A stretch of 63,449 nucleotides of DNA, filler included, from Folioceros fuciformis (taxonomy: Eukaryota), in the NCBI GenBank assembly GCA_049999805.1. It is 6 parts of 6 records of this genome, joined end to end, with 100 filler letters (N's around TTAATTAATTAA, not from the genome) between each part and the next. Parts side by side here need not be neighbours in the genome. Positions count along the whole stretch, not along the records: positions 1 to 22,041 come from JBNGIO010005512.1; 5 more parts are not named here. One strand, given 5' to 3'. Below are positions 1 to 10,559 of the stretch, piece after piece (within the stretch, counting starts at the first letter, position 1; the number at the start of each line of letters is the position of its first letter). Below the pieces are notes generated by a model. It was not told the DNA's origin. It worked only from the letters and a program-made list of their open reading frames with translations, and searched no databases. The position numbers were made by a program, and so were the translations under genes.

Positions 1-280
1 GGCTACGGATTTGCATGTCCCAGTTGGGAGAGCGACGCTTCGTCGTCGCCGGATTGCGCCCCGCCTGCTCCCGGCGATGGCGACATTTTTGGCGGCTCCA
101 AGAGACTAATCCCATCAGGCCCGGATCAGCTGCACAATTGAACCACATCCCTTCCCTCCCTTCCTTGCCTTCCCTGCCCGGGGTGGATTGGATTGGTTTC
201 CTTAAAGTTTCATACATTTAGTATCATCGACGCGCAGGATGAAGATGATCAACCTCCCAAGGACTTCATAGCCCGCTGGC

Positions 281-1015
281 ATGGATCTCAACTGGACCTC
301 GGGAGCCTTTTGGAGGCTGCTATTCTCTACCTCTACATCATTGCTATCCGGCTCATATGCAAGTATTCGCACTTTGCTGTCGGGGGATATCAGGTCGGAG
401 CTCCGAAGGCATTGTAGGTAACCACCTTGGGAAATCCTGTCCACGCTGCAACGCAGTTCCCTCCTGCGTCTGCTTCCTTTCTCACCTGCCATCTGTATTC
501 CCTCACCCTTTTCAAATTCAGCAAACATCTACATTATAGTATCCGTCACCTCCGCGAGCGCTCCACAAGAGGACGTCCAGAGGTTGTGGTGACAAGACGG
601 AACAACGGCAGCCGCAGCCGCAGCCTGGGAAATGCACTTTTTTTGGAAATTGTCATCCAACAGGTGGAGCGTCCAGCCCAGGACTGTACTGCAGCTGTCA
701 GACCGGGCAGCTGTGACTTCCATTTGAACATTCGGTTCGGGAGAAGGAAGGGTTCAAATTTGGAGATCACAGTTCGGCCCATACGCAGGTTCCTGCTCCG
801 CCCGCTCTCAACACTTGACAAACATGCATATCGGGAGACACCGCCAACTTTCTTGTCTCTTCTTCGCTTCTCATCACCTTCTTGCGGGAGACGGCAGTTG
901 CAGGACCGTAAAGTTATGTCAGCTTAGGTATGGATCAGTCACCCTAATGACATGTACAACCGTCACACTTTTCAGTGACGGCAAGAGAAGATTCACCTTC
1001 TCGTATTGGAAGTAG
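281..1015 (+). CDS. Putative 3-exon orphan gene, ~171 aa (exons 281-417, 522-788, 904-1015)
   Basis: ATG at 281. Pyrimidine-rich GT-AG introns 418-521 (104 bp) and 789-903 (115 bp) join three open frames in phase, ending at TAG 1013-1015. No family recognised. Confidence 0.35.
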
Positions 1016-1841
1016 AAAAGAAAAAACTGTGTGTGTTGCGTACAAAGCATGTGCCTTGTGCTCCATTGGGCAGCCTAGGACTTGTGACTGATAACTTCTC
1101 TCATCACCTGCCCCATAAGTTCCGTTGCGTTGCCGTGTTAGCCATCTGAATAAAGGGAAAAAAACAAAGCACGTTACACAAAATTGCAGACAAACCGCGT
1201 CGTCGGTGTCACCCGGGCCCTGGTAACACCTGCTGCTCCTGCTGCCACCAGAAACATTCCCATATTTCAGAAAATCCACATCGCTGCCCGAGGCACAAGG
1301 GCCCGGTTTCACTGTGGGTACTGGGATTCTCTCCCCCTCCCACCCCCCCACAGCTTTACAGCCAGATGCATAGCACGCCGGAATGGACCTTCACAGTGCA
1401 GCTTGCCATCTTGTCTTTCCTTGTGGGAATATTCTGCTTACTACAAAGCCACCTGATCTGGTTGTAACTAAACAGGCTCGCAAATACCTCCTTCTCATCA
1501 CCGCCTTTGTCAGATTGCGTGGATGTACAGACAGTCAACGAGAAAAAGACTGCTTTCTGATGAACCTNNNNNNNNNNNNNNNNNNNNNNNNNNNNNNNNN
1601 NNNNNNNNNNNNNNNNNNNNNNNNNNNNNNNNNNNNNNNNNNNNNNNNNNNNNNNNNNNNNNNNNNNGGTCCGCAATAGGGCCAACATTATGGTCAAAGT
1701 TGCGACAGCGCGGGAACACACGACTTCAATCAACCCGAAGACAACTGGTTGACATCGCTCGTTTCGCAGAAAGCTCCCGCAGACATGGCAATCAGCAGCC
1801 CAGGAAGGATGGATGCCATCCCAACTCTACACCTCTATGTA

Positions 1842-4070
1842 TTAAACATATTTCCCACGGTATCTGGGTCGGGAATCCAACAGATCAGGCGGTGCGACAG
1901 AAATGTGGGCACGTACAAGCGTCTTGCAATTGCACGACTGCATTTTCAAAGGTGAGTCTTCCACTGTATCGAGTCGACTCACTGCAGGTGAGAAAACAGG
2001 CCTTCCAGACTCGCTGTCTGCAGAGTCTGCCTTGCACAACATGCATTCAGACTCACCATTCGCAGGCAACACCACTGAGCGGATACTACCCTTCTCCCTG
2101 TGCACCTCTAGCAGTTTCACATGGTTCTCTCTGAACTCCACATGCTTCCTGGCTGCAGCATCTGCCATCTCCACAGTGTAACGACATGTTTTCTCCATGG
2201 TCAACAAGCACCGACTGTATTTAGTGCTAAGTATCTGCTCGCAGCTTGCCCGTAGCTGGAAACACGGATGTGCCGGGAAGTAGTTCTCAGCACACTCATC
2301 CCTCGCTGCAGGAAAGAAGAAGACCAACCTCCCGCCCTGGACAAGAAGACGGGCGGCCATATCCAATAGGTCATGAACGCACTCCGCCAGAGTGTAGGGC
2401 GCCGTCGATGGAATGTGTGCTGCCCTCTTCTCGGTTGGGATTGTGTAAGGCTCCCTCGTTCCATTCAACATCTTCCGGCCACCAGATTTGCGACCACCAG
2501 CGCGCACTCCATACGGCGGATCACAGATGATTGCATCGAAAACCTGAAGACAGAGAAGCCATTCACAAGTCATATGGCAAGTAGACACAAGTAGATCACA
2601 GTACACAGGAACGACCATAAACCGCGTTGCACTTCGATGGCCAAGATTTTTTTTCCTACCGGCAGGAGCCTCAAACTTATGCCGTAAACGATTGCAGCCT
2701 AGGCACCAAAATACACACCTCTGCTAAGTCTTTACGCCAGGGTGGCGAGTTGTTGTCTGCCCTTATCAGCCCCACCGGAGAATGTAAATTGTACTGCAGT
2801 CAAAATTCGTATGAGCTTCAGATGCCCCAGCTATCTCACGCAATGGACTGATCCAACGGACTAAACTCCAACGGCAGGACAGCAAACCCGTTCAGATCAT
2901 ACTCCCTTCCGAAAACAACAAATCCTACCTGCGTGAAGTTACTCCAAACGTTGCAATCAGGGCCTCGTCCATCACGGACAACCCTGATGTCTATGTCTGC
3001 ACCCTGATTAGACCACAACCAGACAATCTCAAACACTTGCGCAGATAGTCTCCAAAACTTGCGCAGTTAAAAGTGAAGACAGACTCCACGCAGTGGTGAC
3101 AAGGCAGAGGCAAGCAAACAGGTACAGGGGTGATCACAACACGAGACGACACTAACCAAGGTAATAGCGCCATAGTGAGCAGCTGCCACAAGGATACTCC
3201 CAGTCCCAACAAATGGATCATAAACAAGTTTGCCAGGCCGCACTAGGGCCTGATTCGCCATCAAGAACGCCATTTCTGCATCCATAGCCGTTGGCCCAAG
3301 ATACTTACGACTGCTAAGCTCATACTTTGGCACCAAACTTCTATCCGCGCCACCAATTTCTCGTCCAAAATAATAAACCTTGGTAACGGACGGTGGTAGT
3401 CCATTGTTCGTTGCTAGTCCATTCGCCAGCGATTGCACGTCACTCTCAATCATCCAGAATCTGTGCTCCGGTTTCTTCAACTGGACATGCCCCTGCTTGG
3501 ACCACAACGCAAATCAGATTCCACACCACTCATTCAAGGGCATGAGTATGGCAAACATCAAGTTTCATGATACTGCAGGATACTCACCCGAAATGGAATA
3601 AATGAACATCTGTCAATACGCTCCTTCTGCTCCTGAGAGCTCAGCGCTCTCCCAAAACAATCAACAACGATCTTGAAAGTACTACCCTCCCTCAGAAATG
3701 GAGACTTCCTTTCGTCTGGGTAGCTTGCAACTGCTTCCTTGAGCTCCTCAAAAGAATTTCCTTCTCCCCAAACCTCAAACATCCCTTTCACTAAAAGACC
3801 TGCACGCAGAAACAAGGCTGATCGTAAGAGACTGACGGATCTTCCACAGCCTGGGGGGTTTAGGGTTTGGGACACACTGCGACATGCAACTTGGCGTGCC
3901 AGGTCTTCTGACGGCAAGTTCACAAAATAAAATGGCGAATCTGGATGCAGTGATTCCGATTGCTTCCATTGCAAAGCCGTCCCGCCTGCACCGTGCAGAG
4001 TAGCCAAAGCCTCAACCTCAGGCAGCCGATAGTCAAGTAGTCGGTGCAGGAAATAGCAAAGGTACCACAT
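1842..4070 (-). CDS. TRM11: tRNA (guanine-10-N2)-methyltransferase, 6 exons
   Basis: N-terminus MWYLCYFLHRLLDYRLPEVE; motifs YLGPTAMDAEMAFLMANQA, DPFVGTGS (SAM binding), DPPYGVRAG; all junctions read as in-phase GT-AG introns. Confidence 0.93.
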
Positions 4071-4501
4071 TTCTCCGGTCAACTGCACCAACGCAGTCGC
4101 CACCCAGCCCAAGCGCAGATAACAGTACAATGTAAGCCCTCCTGCAAAGTAAGAATGAAACACAACCCGCAGCCTCCAGCGATGTTGCTACATTGAGAGC
4201 AGCAACACGACACTGCCACCAAATGGAAGACACTAATCTGGAAGTTTCAGAGCAGTATTCCCCTTCGTTGGTGGTGGGCTTGGCTGAAACCTAAGCTGAT
4301 CCAAAACACCAAACCCTAAGGAAGCTCTACTAGTATGTGCTACTTCTGAGACAACAACAGATGATTGAATGCTTTCCTTCCGCCATGGTCTTGCTGAAGC
4401 TTACGCTAGTTGTTGCAAATGGCAAACCGTAAGCACGTTGCAACAAGCAGGTCCTTGCTGTAAAAGCGGGTTGAAGGTGGTGACTTTCCACAGCTAGAGC
4501 T
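4071..4501. promoter_or_regulatory. Probable bidirectional promoter between TRM11 and TRS33, with site II element and telo-box
   Basis: 431 bp between divergent ATGs; TGGGCT at 4275-4280; AAACCCTAA at 4311-4319. Confidence 0.45.
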
Positions 4502-5038
4502 ATGCCGACTGCAGGGACCAGGGAGGTGGCGGAGAGCGTGGTGGACAGTCTCAACATCGAGCTAGTGGCAACGTATTGCAAGCGCCTGCTACCCACGAAG
4601 CAGGATCTAGCAGCTCGACGGATTGAGGCTATTGGTTACCAGGTGGGCCTGCAGCTGGCCGAGCGCTACACCAAGGACCGGCCCAGATTCGCGGACCATC
4701 TTGAAGTGATCAAATTTATCTGCAAGGACTTTTGGGCCGAGGTCTTCAAGAAGCAGATTGACAATCTGAAGACAAATCACAGAGGTGTGTTTGTGCTGCA
4801 GGACACCCGGTTCAGGTGGCTCACCCGCATATCTATAGACCTGCCCATGACCAATTCTTCGGCGGATACTTCTCCGACTGCGAATTCTGCGAGGGCTGCC
4901 CAGGCTGCAGGGCCTTACCTGTACTTCCCTTGTGGCCTGATACGAGGGGCTCTGACAAATCTGGGTGTGGCCTGTGCTGTTTCTGCCGAGGTTACCACTT
5001 TGCCTGCCTGCTCCTTCGTGGTTCGCATCAAGGTTTGA
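4502..5038 (+). CDS. TRS33: TRAPP complex subunit Trs33/TRAPPC6, intronless CDS
   Basis: 178-aa ORF with IEAIGYQVGLQLAERYTKDRPRF, KFICKDFW, IDNLKTNHRGVFVLQD and FPCGLIRGALTNLG. Confidence 0.93.
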   Translation: MPTAGTREVAESVVDSLNIELVATYCKRLLPTKQDLAARRIEAIGYQVGLQLAERYTKDRPRFADHLEVIKFICKDFWAEVFKKQIDNLKTNHRGVFVLQDTRFRWLTRISIDLPMTNSSADTSPTANSARAAQAAGPYLYFPCGLIRGALTNLGVACAVSAEVTTLPACSFVVRIKV

Positions 5039-5708
5039 AGGCTCGGAATGTATGTGATTGATGTACCCGGAGTGATCTTATGAGCAGCAGTCGCCCACCA
5101 GGCTTGTGTGGAGTGCAGTTCAGTGTACAGGTTGCAAAGGAAATCCTTCGACTATTTGTGGGGGATGATTGTTTGAATAGGACAGTCAGGAATGTGTTTT
5201 CCTTCGCCATTTCTTCTCTTCCTCCTTACCCGGCAGGCAGGACGCAACTACAATGCTGTAGTCGCACATGGTCCTCACTGGGCCTCCTCGTTCGGGCAGG
5301 CAGACTTGAGAACTTGTATGCTTCACATGAGCGGGCTTCGAGAGATGCCCGACGCTATCAACTTATATTGCCAGAAGCAATGGAGCTTCCATTGTGGCAT
5401 TCACACAAATTTGTTTCATGTTTCGTTAGGATGTGGGGCCTGTACCTCACGAGGGGTTTGAAATTTGGTGACTGCCACTGCAGTCCTTAAAGAATAATTG
5501 TTCAAAAAGAATGAGAACGACATTTGAGCCAGAGTCTACTATCCACTTCGAGTCTACCACCCACTTCTAGTCTATAACCGACTTCACGGAGAGGGCTGGA
5601 ACAACGTTCCGCGCTAATGGGGTCCGGCTGGGCAGATGCTGAAAATCTGCTTCTCAGGCCCCCTGAGCAATGACATGGATGTGGATGTGAGGCCAGGAGG
5701 ACGCCCAT

Positions 5709-7109
5709 CTACTCAGAGGGAAGGAATTCTGGATCTGCACTCAGGTTCTCCATATGCTCTCTTTCCAAACCCACAAACACGTTGATGTAGCCATCACCTT
5801 TGTGGCTTGGAAGCATGATCACAGACCCATCGAAGGGGTTATTTCCAGGACTTGCGAAAATTGGCTTGCCGGAGCCCATGTCAGCATCCATGAACCCCAT
5901 TCGTATCCAACTAGCAGCTGACACGTCATGCCCCCGGCTCTCCCCTGCGTTAGCATTCATGACCAAGGGCGTGGTCTGAGCCTCGACAAAAGCCAGCAGT
6001 GAGTTCATGTACTCGCTTGTGAAGCCTGCAATGGCATCCCGAATACACTGCGCAGAGAAGGAGAGAGGTTTGCTGGCAACGTCTCCTGCATCAGCCACGG
6101 CGCGCACAAAGCAGATGCAATTCCCAAAGTATCCCTTGGGCAACTCAGGCTTGAATCTCGCCCTAGCATCCAAAGTGGTCAGAAACTTGGTCTTTCGCTC
6201 AGGTTGCAGACGTCGTGCTTTTGTGATACACCTCCACACGTGCGCATTGATGCTCTCAAAGGTGGTGTAGGTCTGCTCTGCTCCTGCCATAGCCAAGGCC
6301 TTGATCCTCTTCAGCTGAGCTGGGCTGAACACAAACATCCTCTCAGCAGGCCAGAGGGACGGATCCAACTTGGGCAAGATTGCAGTTAGATCAGACACAA
6401 CCCTCAATTCTGAGGGACTGAAAGCAGGGTCCAGGGTTCCCCTCGCCTTGAGCAGAGTTCTGTCATGGACAGGAAGCAACGACAGCTCCCTCCCTCTGAC
6501 CATCTCTGACAGAGAGTTAACGAACATGTTGAAAGACAGCCCATCTGTGCAGGCGTGATTGATGGTCACCACCAGAGCAGCTCCCCCACAAGCAAACCGA
6601 GTAACCTGGTCGCGGCACACCCGATCAGACCCAACTGCAACAAGCAAACACAAATCCAATCCCAGGCCAGGCCAGGACAGGACAGGTACCTGAACATAGG
6701 TCAAAGGGCAATCGAACACCGCATCTCCGAGCACAGCTGGACCCGGATCCAGCAGCTGCGTGTAGAGCGGATTCGGCTGGAAATCCCCGAAATCCGACAG
6801 CCTCCCGCTCACTTCCGCCTCCACAAACTCGATCCCGGCGTCGTTACACAGCAGCTCCAACTTCCTGTCCTGCCTTCTCCGAATCCTCCCCGCAGTCGGG
6901 TAGAAAGGCACCAAGAGGCGAGACAGCGCATCCTTGATTCGCTCCACCGGCAGCACCTCCTGCCCGTCCTCCCGAGCGGCATAGAAAAGCAGCACCGGAA
7001 TGTGGCGAGGCCGGACAAAGTGATCTGCCCCAGAGAAAGACAGCACCCTGTTGTGCCCGGCTTGCGCCGCCGGCAACACGGTACACGATTTCCTGGATAC
7101 CAGCCTCAT
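5709..7109 (-). CDS. BAHD acyltransferase (HCT/feruloyl-transferase-like), with one in-frame intron at 6606-6689
   Basis: HXXXD motif as HACTDG; DFGWG-like motif DMGSG; FYPTAGRI and GYFGN. An 84-bp GT-AG intron sits at the conserved Q|VTRF position. Confidence 0.9.
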   Translation of the reverse strand: MRLVSRKSCTVLPAAQAGHNRVLSFSGADHFVRPRHIPVLLFYAAREDGQEVLPVERIKDALSRLLVPFYPTAGRIRRRQDRKLELLCNDAGIEFVEAEVSGRLSDFGDFQPNPLYTQLLDPGPAVLGDAVFDCPLTYVQVPVLSWPGLGLDLCLLVAVGSDRVCRDQVTRFACGGAALVVTINHACTDGLSFNMFVNSLSEMVRGRELSLLPVHDRTLLKARGTLDPAFSPSELRVVSDLTAILPKLDPSLWPAERMFVFSPAQLKRIKALAMAGAEQTYTTFESINAHVWRCITKARRLQPERKTKFLTTLDARARFKPELPKGYFGNCICFVRAVADAGDVASKPLSFSAQCIRDAIAGFTSEYMNSLLAFVEAQTTPLVMNANAGESRGHDVSAASWIRMGFMDADMGSGKPIFASPGNNPFDGSVIMLPSHKGDGYINVFVGLEREHMENLSADPEFLPSE

Positions 7110-8270
7110 GCTCTCCCGCCCCTCTGCCCTCCGCCTCTCAGACCGTCTGAGCTATAAACAGCACGTCAGTGCCTACATATATAGAGCCACACGAGACTGT
7201 AATTTCGCTGCAAGTGCATCTCTTGATCTCCGAGATGACTAGTATACCATGACAATACCAACAGCTTTCTTCGATTGTCTTCTTACATATATTGGTGCCT
7301 TCAGCGACAATCCAGTCTTTTCTGACCACGGCCCAAACGCTTGTGTAGATATCCTCCGGCTAAGCTCGGAGACGGGATATGTCATCAGCACAAACCCAGT
7401 TACGCGTGGTACCCCGTGACATTGTGGGAGGTGCCGTTGCTAGCACCTGTGATGCAGCATCTGCAAGGTGATCAAGCTCCAACACGAATCTACTTCTTCT
7501 TTGCTTGCGGGATGTCTTCGAAGACCAAAGCATCCTCCTTGAGTTCGTGGTTGATGAGAATCGCAAACAAGCCTTAGCAGCCTCGAGAAAGGAGCCAGAA
7601 AGGAGCCAGAAATGTCGGAACTACACAATGGAATGGTATTCGCAGTTTTACTCAGGCAGTATGTTCGAGCAGTTTTTTCTCATTCGATGTCCGTCTGAAC
7701 ACCTTCGGCATAGGTACTGCATGAAGCCGCCTGCCTTCCATCTCCCCGTTGCACACAGCCGGGACAAACAGTTTACACCTGCGAAACAACTGTTGCACCA
7801 CACGCTCTCTCACCACCAAGAGACTAAGTAAGTAGTCGACATCATGGCAGCTCGTACCAATGTCTTCAGCGATGGACATGGTGCTCGTACCGTTTTTCGA
7901 ATTCAATGGCCAATCCAGCATGATCGAAAAATATTCCCAGGTGCCAGACCAACTCTTCGCTTCAGTGAGAACAGACAATGGCAAAGTCTGCGGTAATGGC
8001 TGGCATATCTTGGCGATGGCCCTCAAAACTTCGTTATTGGGCAGTGGCCTGCCTTTTCACTCAGGTAGGTAATGTTACCTTATCGGCACTCCTGTGGACG
8101 TAAAGGAGCAAGCAGGCTTTTGTGCGATCCCGCGCCAGCTGGCACAGGAATCGGATCTCACTGTGGGAGCGAGGTGGCGGGAATCCATGGAAGCGCCCTG
8201 GAGGTGCATCGTCGTGAGCGGAGGGTGAGAGAATGACGGGAGAGGGAGGATGCGGACGTGAAGTTTGAGG

Positions 8271-10058
8271 ATGAGGTTGCTGTGCCTCAACCTCGGCATC
8301 AGCCTGAGGAGCAATGGCGCGCATGAGGATCGCTCCTTGAGTGAAGCCAGGTTGCTGCGGGACAAGGCTGCCAATGGCGAGGCTTGGCAGCGGATGGCGC
8401 TGCCGTCCTACCGGACGGTGGATGTGGCAGCGCAGAGTGTGACTCTGACGGTGCCTCCACCAGACCTTGAGCCGTCCATGCGACAATTCGGTGCAGTGGA
8501 GATTCAAGAGCAGTGCTCGGTCTCAGATATTGCGCGGGCGCGGTCCGTTTTGCCGGACACTTTGGATGAGTTCTTGGAAGGCAGGAAGGATCCAGGAGAC
8601 TCCTTTCCTGCAGAGCTGCCTGACGGCGTCAGAAACGGGAGCGGGAGTAAGAAGGGGAGAACGTGGACCGGGCCGCGGCGGACGAAGAGGAGGCCGCCGC
8701 AGCCTCCTTGGACTGACGAGGAAACGCGGGAGAGAGTGGAGCTGGTGCTGGACTCCATTCTTGATAGCGAGGATGAGTTGGAGATTGCTGTAAGTAGTGT
8801 CTTGGATTCGTGGTTGGGAAAGATCACGAGAGTAGATTTAGGCGGTATCATCAAGGAGCTCGGAAGGGAAAGACGGGCGGATGTTGCCTTGGAAGTCTTT
8901 AAGTGGATGCAGCGACAGAGGGGCCGGCTAAAACCTCAGAGGCATATTTTGAGCTTGATTCTCGGCGTTCTTAGCCGCGCAGGAATGCTGACTGCTGCGA
9001 GGGAGATTTTTGACTGCTACTTGGAAGCAGAGGCGGACAATGTCCATTTTTACAACAGTATGATCTCAGCGTATGCACATCACGGAAGCTTCGATCAGGC
9101 ATGCGCCTTGTTCCGAGATATGTGTCACAGGAATGTGCTACCTAGCGAGGTGACTTTCAACACACTTTTCACAGGGATTGCCCTGTCGAGTTCTTCTCCG
9201 GATCAGGTTGCGGAGTTGTTTTCGACTATGAAGCGATTTAACCTGGAGCCGAGCACACGGACTTTCAATGCTATGATAGCGGTTTGTGTAAAGAATGGTG
9301 ACCCAACACTGGCATCTGAGGTCTTGAAGGATATGCGTCGTGTTGGCCAGGAGCCGGACTTGTTCACCTACAACGTCCTCATCAACGTGTATAGTAAAGC
9401 TGGCAGCCTGGAAGAAGCAATACGGACCTTGGATGACTTGAAGACAGCAGGATTTAGGCCAAACTGTGTTACTTACTGTGAGTTGATTCAGATGATGATG
9501 AGGGCTGCCAAGCCCTTGGAAGCCATCAGATTGGTGAATGAGATGCTCAATGCAGGCTGCGTGGTGGATCTAACTGCTTACAGCATAGCGATTTCTGCAT
9601 ATGGCAGAGTAGGGCAGGCTGCCCAAGCAGGTCGGGTTTTCAACCAGCTGAGGCAAGCGGGTTTGAGGCCGAGCGTTGTGACGTGGAGTTCTTTGATACA
9701 TGCGTTCAACAAGCAAGGGATGTTTGAGGAGGCTGGTACCTATTTTGCTGACATGTTAGCTTCTGGTTGTCAGCCTGACCTCACACTCTTCAACATAATG
9801 TTGAGTGGCTATGGCAGAGAAGGCCTGGTGGTCAAGGCTTCAACTATTTTCCGGGAGATGGAGGCTCGAAAAATCAAACCAGACGCCATGTCCTACAATG
9901 CCATGATTCACGCCTATTGCCATGCCGGGCAGCAGGAGAAAGCAAGAGAACTGTACAAGCAGATGGTAGAAGCAGGCTTTAGTCCCGACAAAATCAGTAA
10001 GGCGTTCCGAGTTGGTCGCGCTAACCCACCACAACGTCCATTTCAAAAACATTCTTGA
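8271..10058 (+). CDS. P-class pentatricopeptide repeat protein (about 10-11 repeats), probably organellar; start codon uncertain
   Basis: Tandem 35-aa P motifs (e.g. PDLFTYNVLINVYSKAG, PSVVTWSSLIHAFNKQG); first in-frame ATG at 8271. Confidence 0.88.
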   Translation: MRLLCLNLGISLRSNGAHEDRSLSEARLLRDKAANGEAWQRMALPSYRTVDVAAQSVTLTVPPPDLEPSMRQFGAVEIQEQCSVSDIARARSVLPDTLDEFLEGRKDPGDSFPAELPDGVRNGSGSKKGRTWTGPRRTKRRPPQPPWTDEETRERVELVLDSILDSEDELEIAVSSVLDSWLGKITRVDLGGIIKELGRERRADVALEVFKWMQRQRGRLKPQRHILSLILGVLSRAGMLTAAREIFDCYLEAEADNVHFYNSMISAYAHHGSFDQACALFRDMCHRNVLPSEVTFNTLFTGIALSSSSPDQVAELFSTMKRFNLEPSTRTFNAMIAVCVKNGDPTLASEVLKDMRRVGQEPDLFTYNVLINVYSKAGSLEEAIRTLDDLKTAGFRPNCVTYCELIQMMMRAAKPLEAIRLVNEMLNAGCVVDLTAYSIAISAYGRVGQAAQAGRVFNQLRQAGLRPSVVTWSSLIHAFNKQGMFEEAGTYFADMLASGCQPDLTLFNIMLSGYGREGLVVKASTIFREMEARKIKPDAMSYNAMIHAYCHAGQQEKARELYKQMVEAGFSPDKISKAFRVGRANPPQRPFQKHS

Positions 10059-10559
10059 GAGGAAACCCTCTCGTTGTAGTTAGCTCTTAAACTTCTGACA
10101 ACGTAGGCGACATGCATTGATGATGGGCCCCCTATGGGTATTGCGGTGCTCCGTTCCTCTTATGTGAATAGAGGGTCGAATGGCAAGCGATTGAGGGGGG
10201 AGGATCAGGCAGGTTGTAAGGGCTACCCAGATAGGGTATTGGTTAAATCGGGACAGATGCACTCGTTGTCCAGGCTGAGGCATCCTTTGTGGATGATTTC
10301 GTCAATGTCCCGAGGCTGGCCCAATCGGCAGCTTGGGATGGAAGGAAAAGTTATCGCCAGCCGAATTGATTCCTTCACCAACCTATTTTTCATCCTCAAC
10401 ATGAACTCGAAATAATCTTGAATCTTACCGGAATCGGGCCGAAGATGAGCACTGCATGTTATCTGTCACTTGAATCCAATCCGTGTTGGCATTGTGAAAT
10501 GGCAACAGGTCTGATGGGTCTAACCACGAGCCCATATAGTGATCTGTGTCCCAACTCGT

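Noticed and set aside
6555..7157. 200-aa plus-strand ORF
   Set aside because: It is antisense to the BAHD CDS and has no protein-like features.
7341..8072. Several medium ORFs between the BAHD and PPR genes
   Set aside because: No recognisable motif or consistent splicing; this could be old pseudogene debris but I cannot support it.
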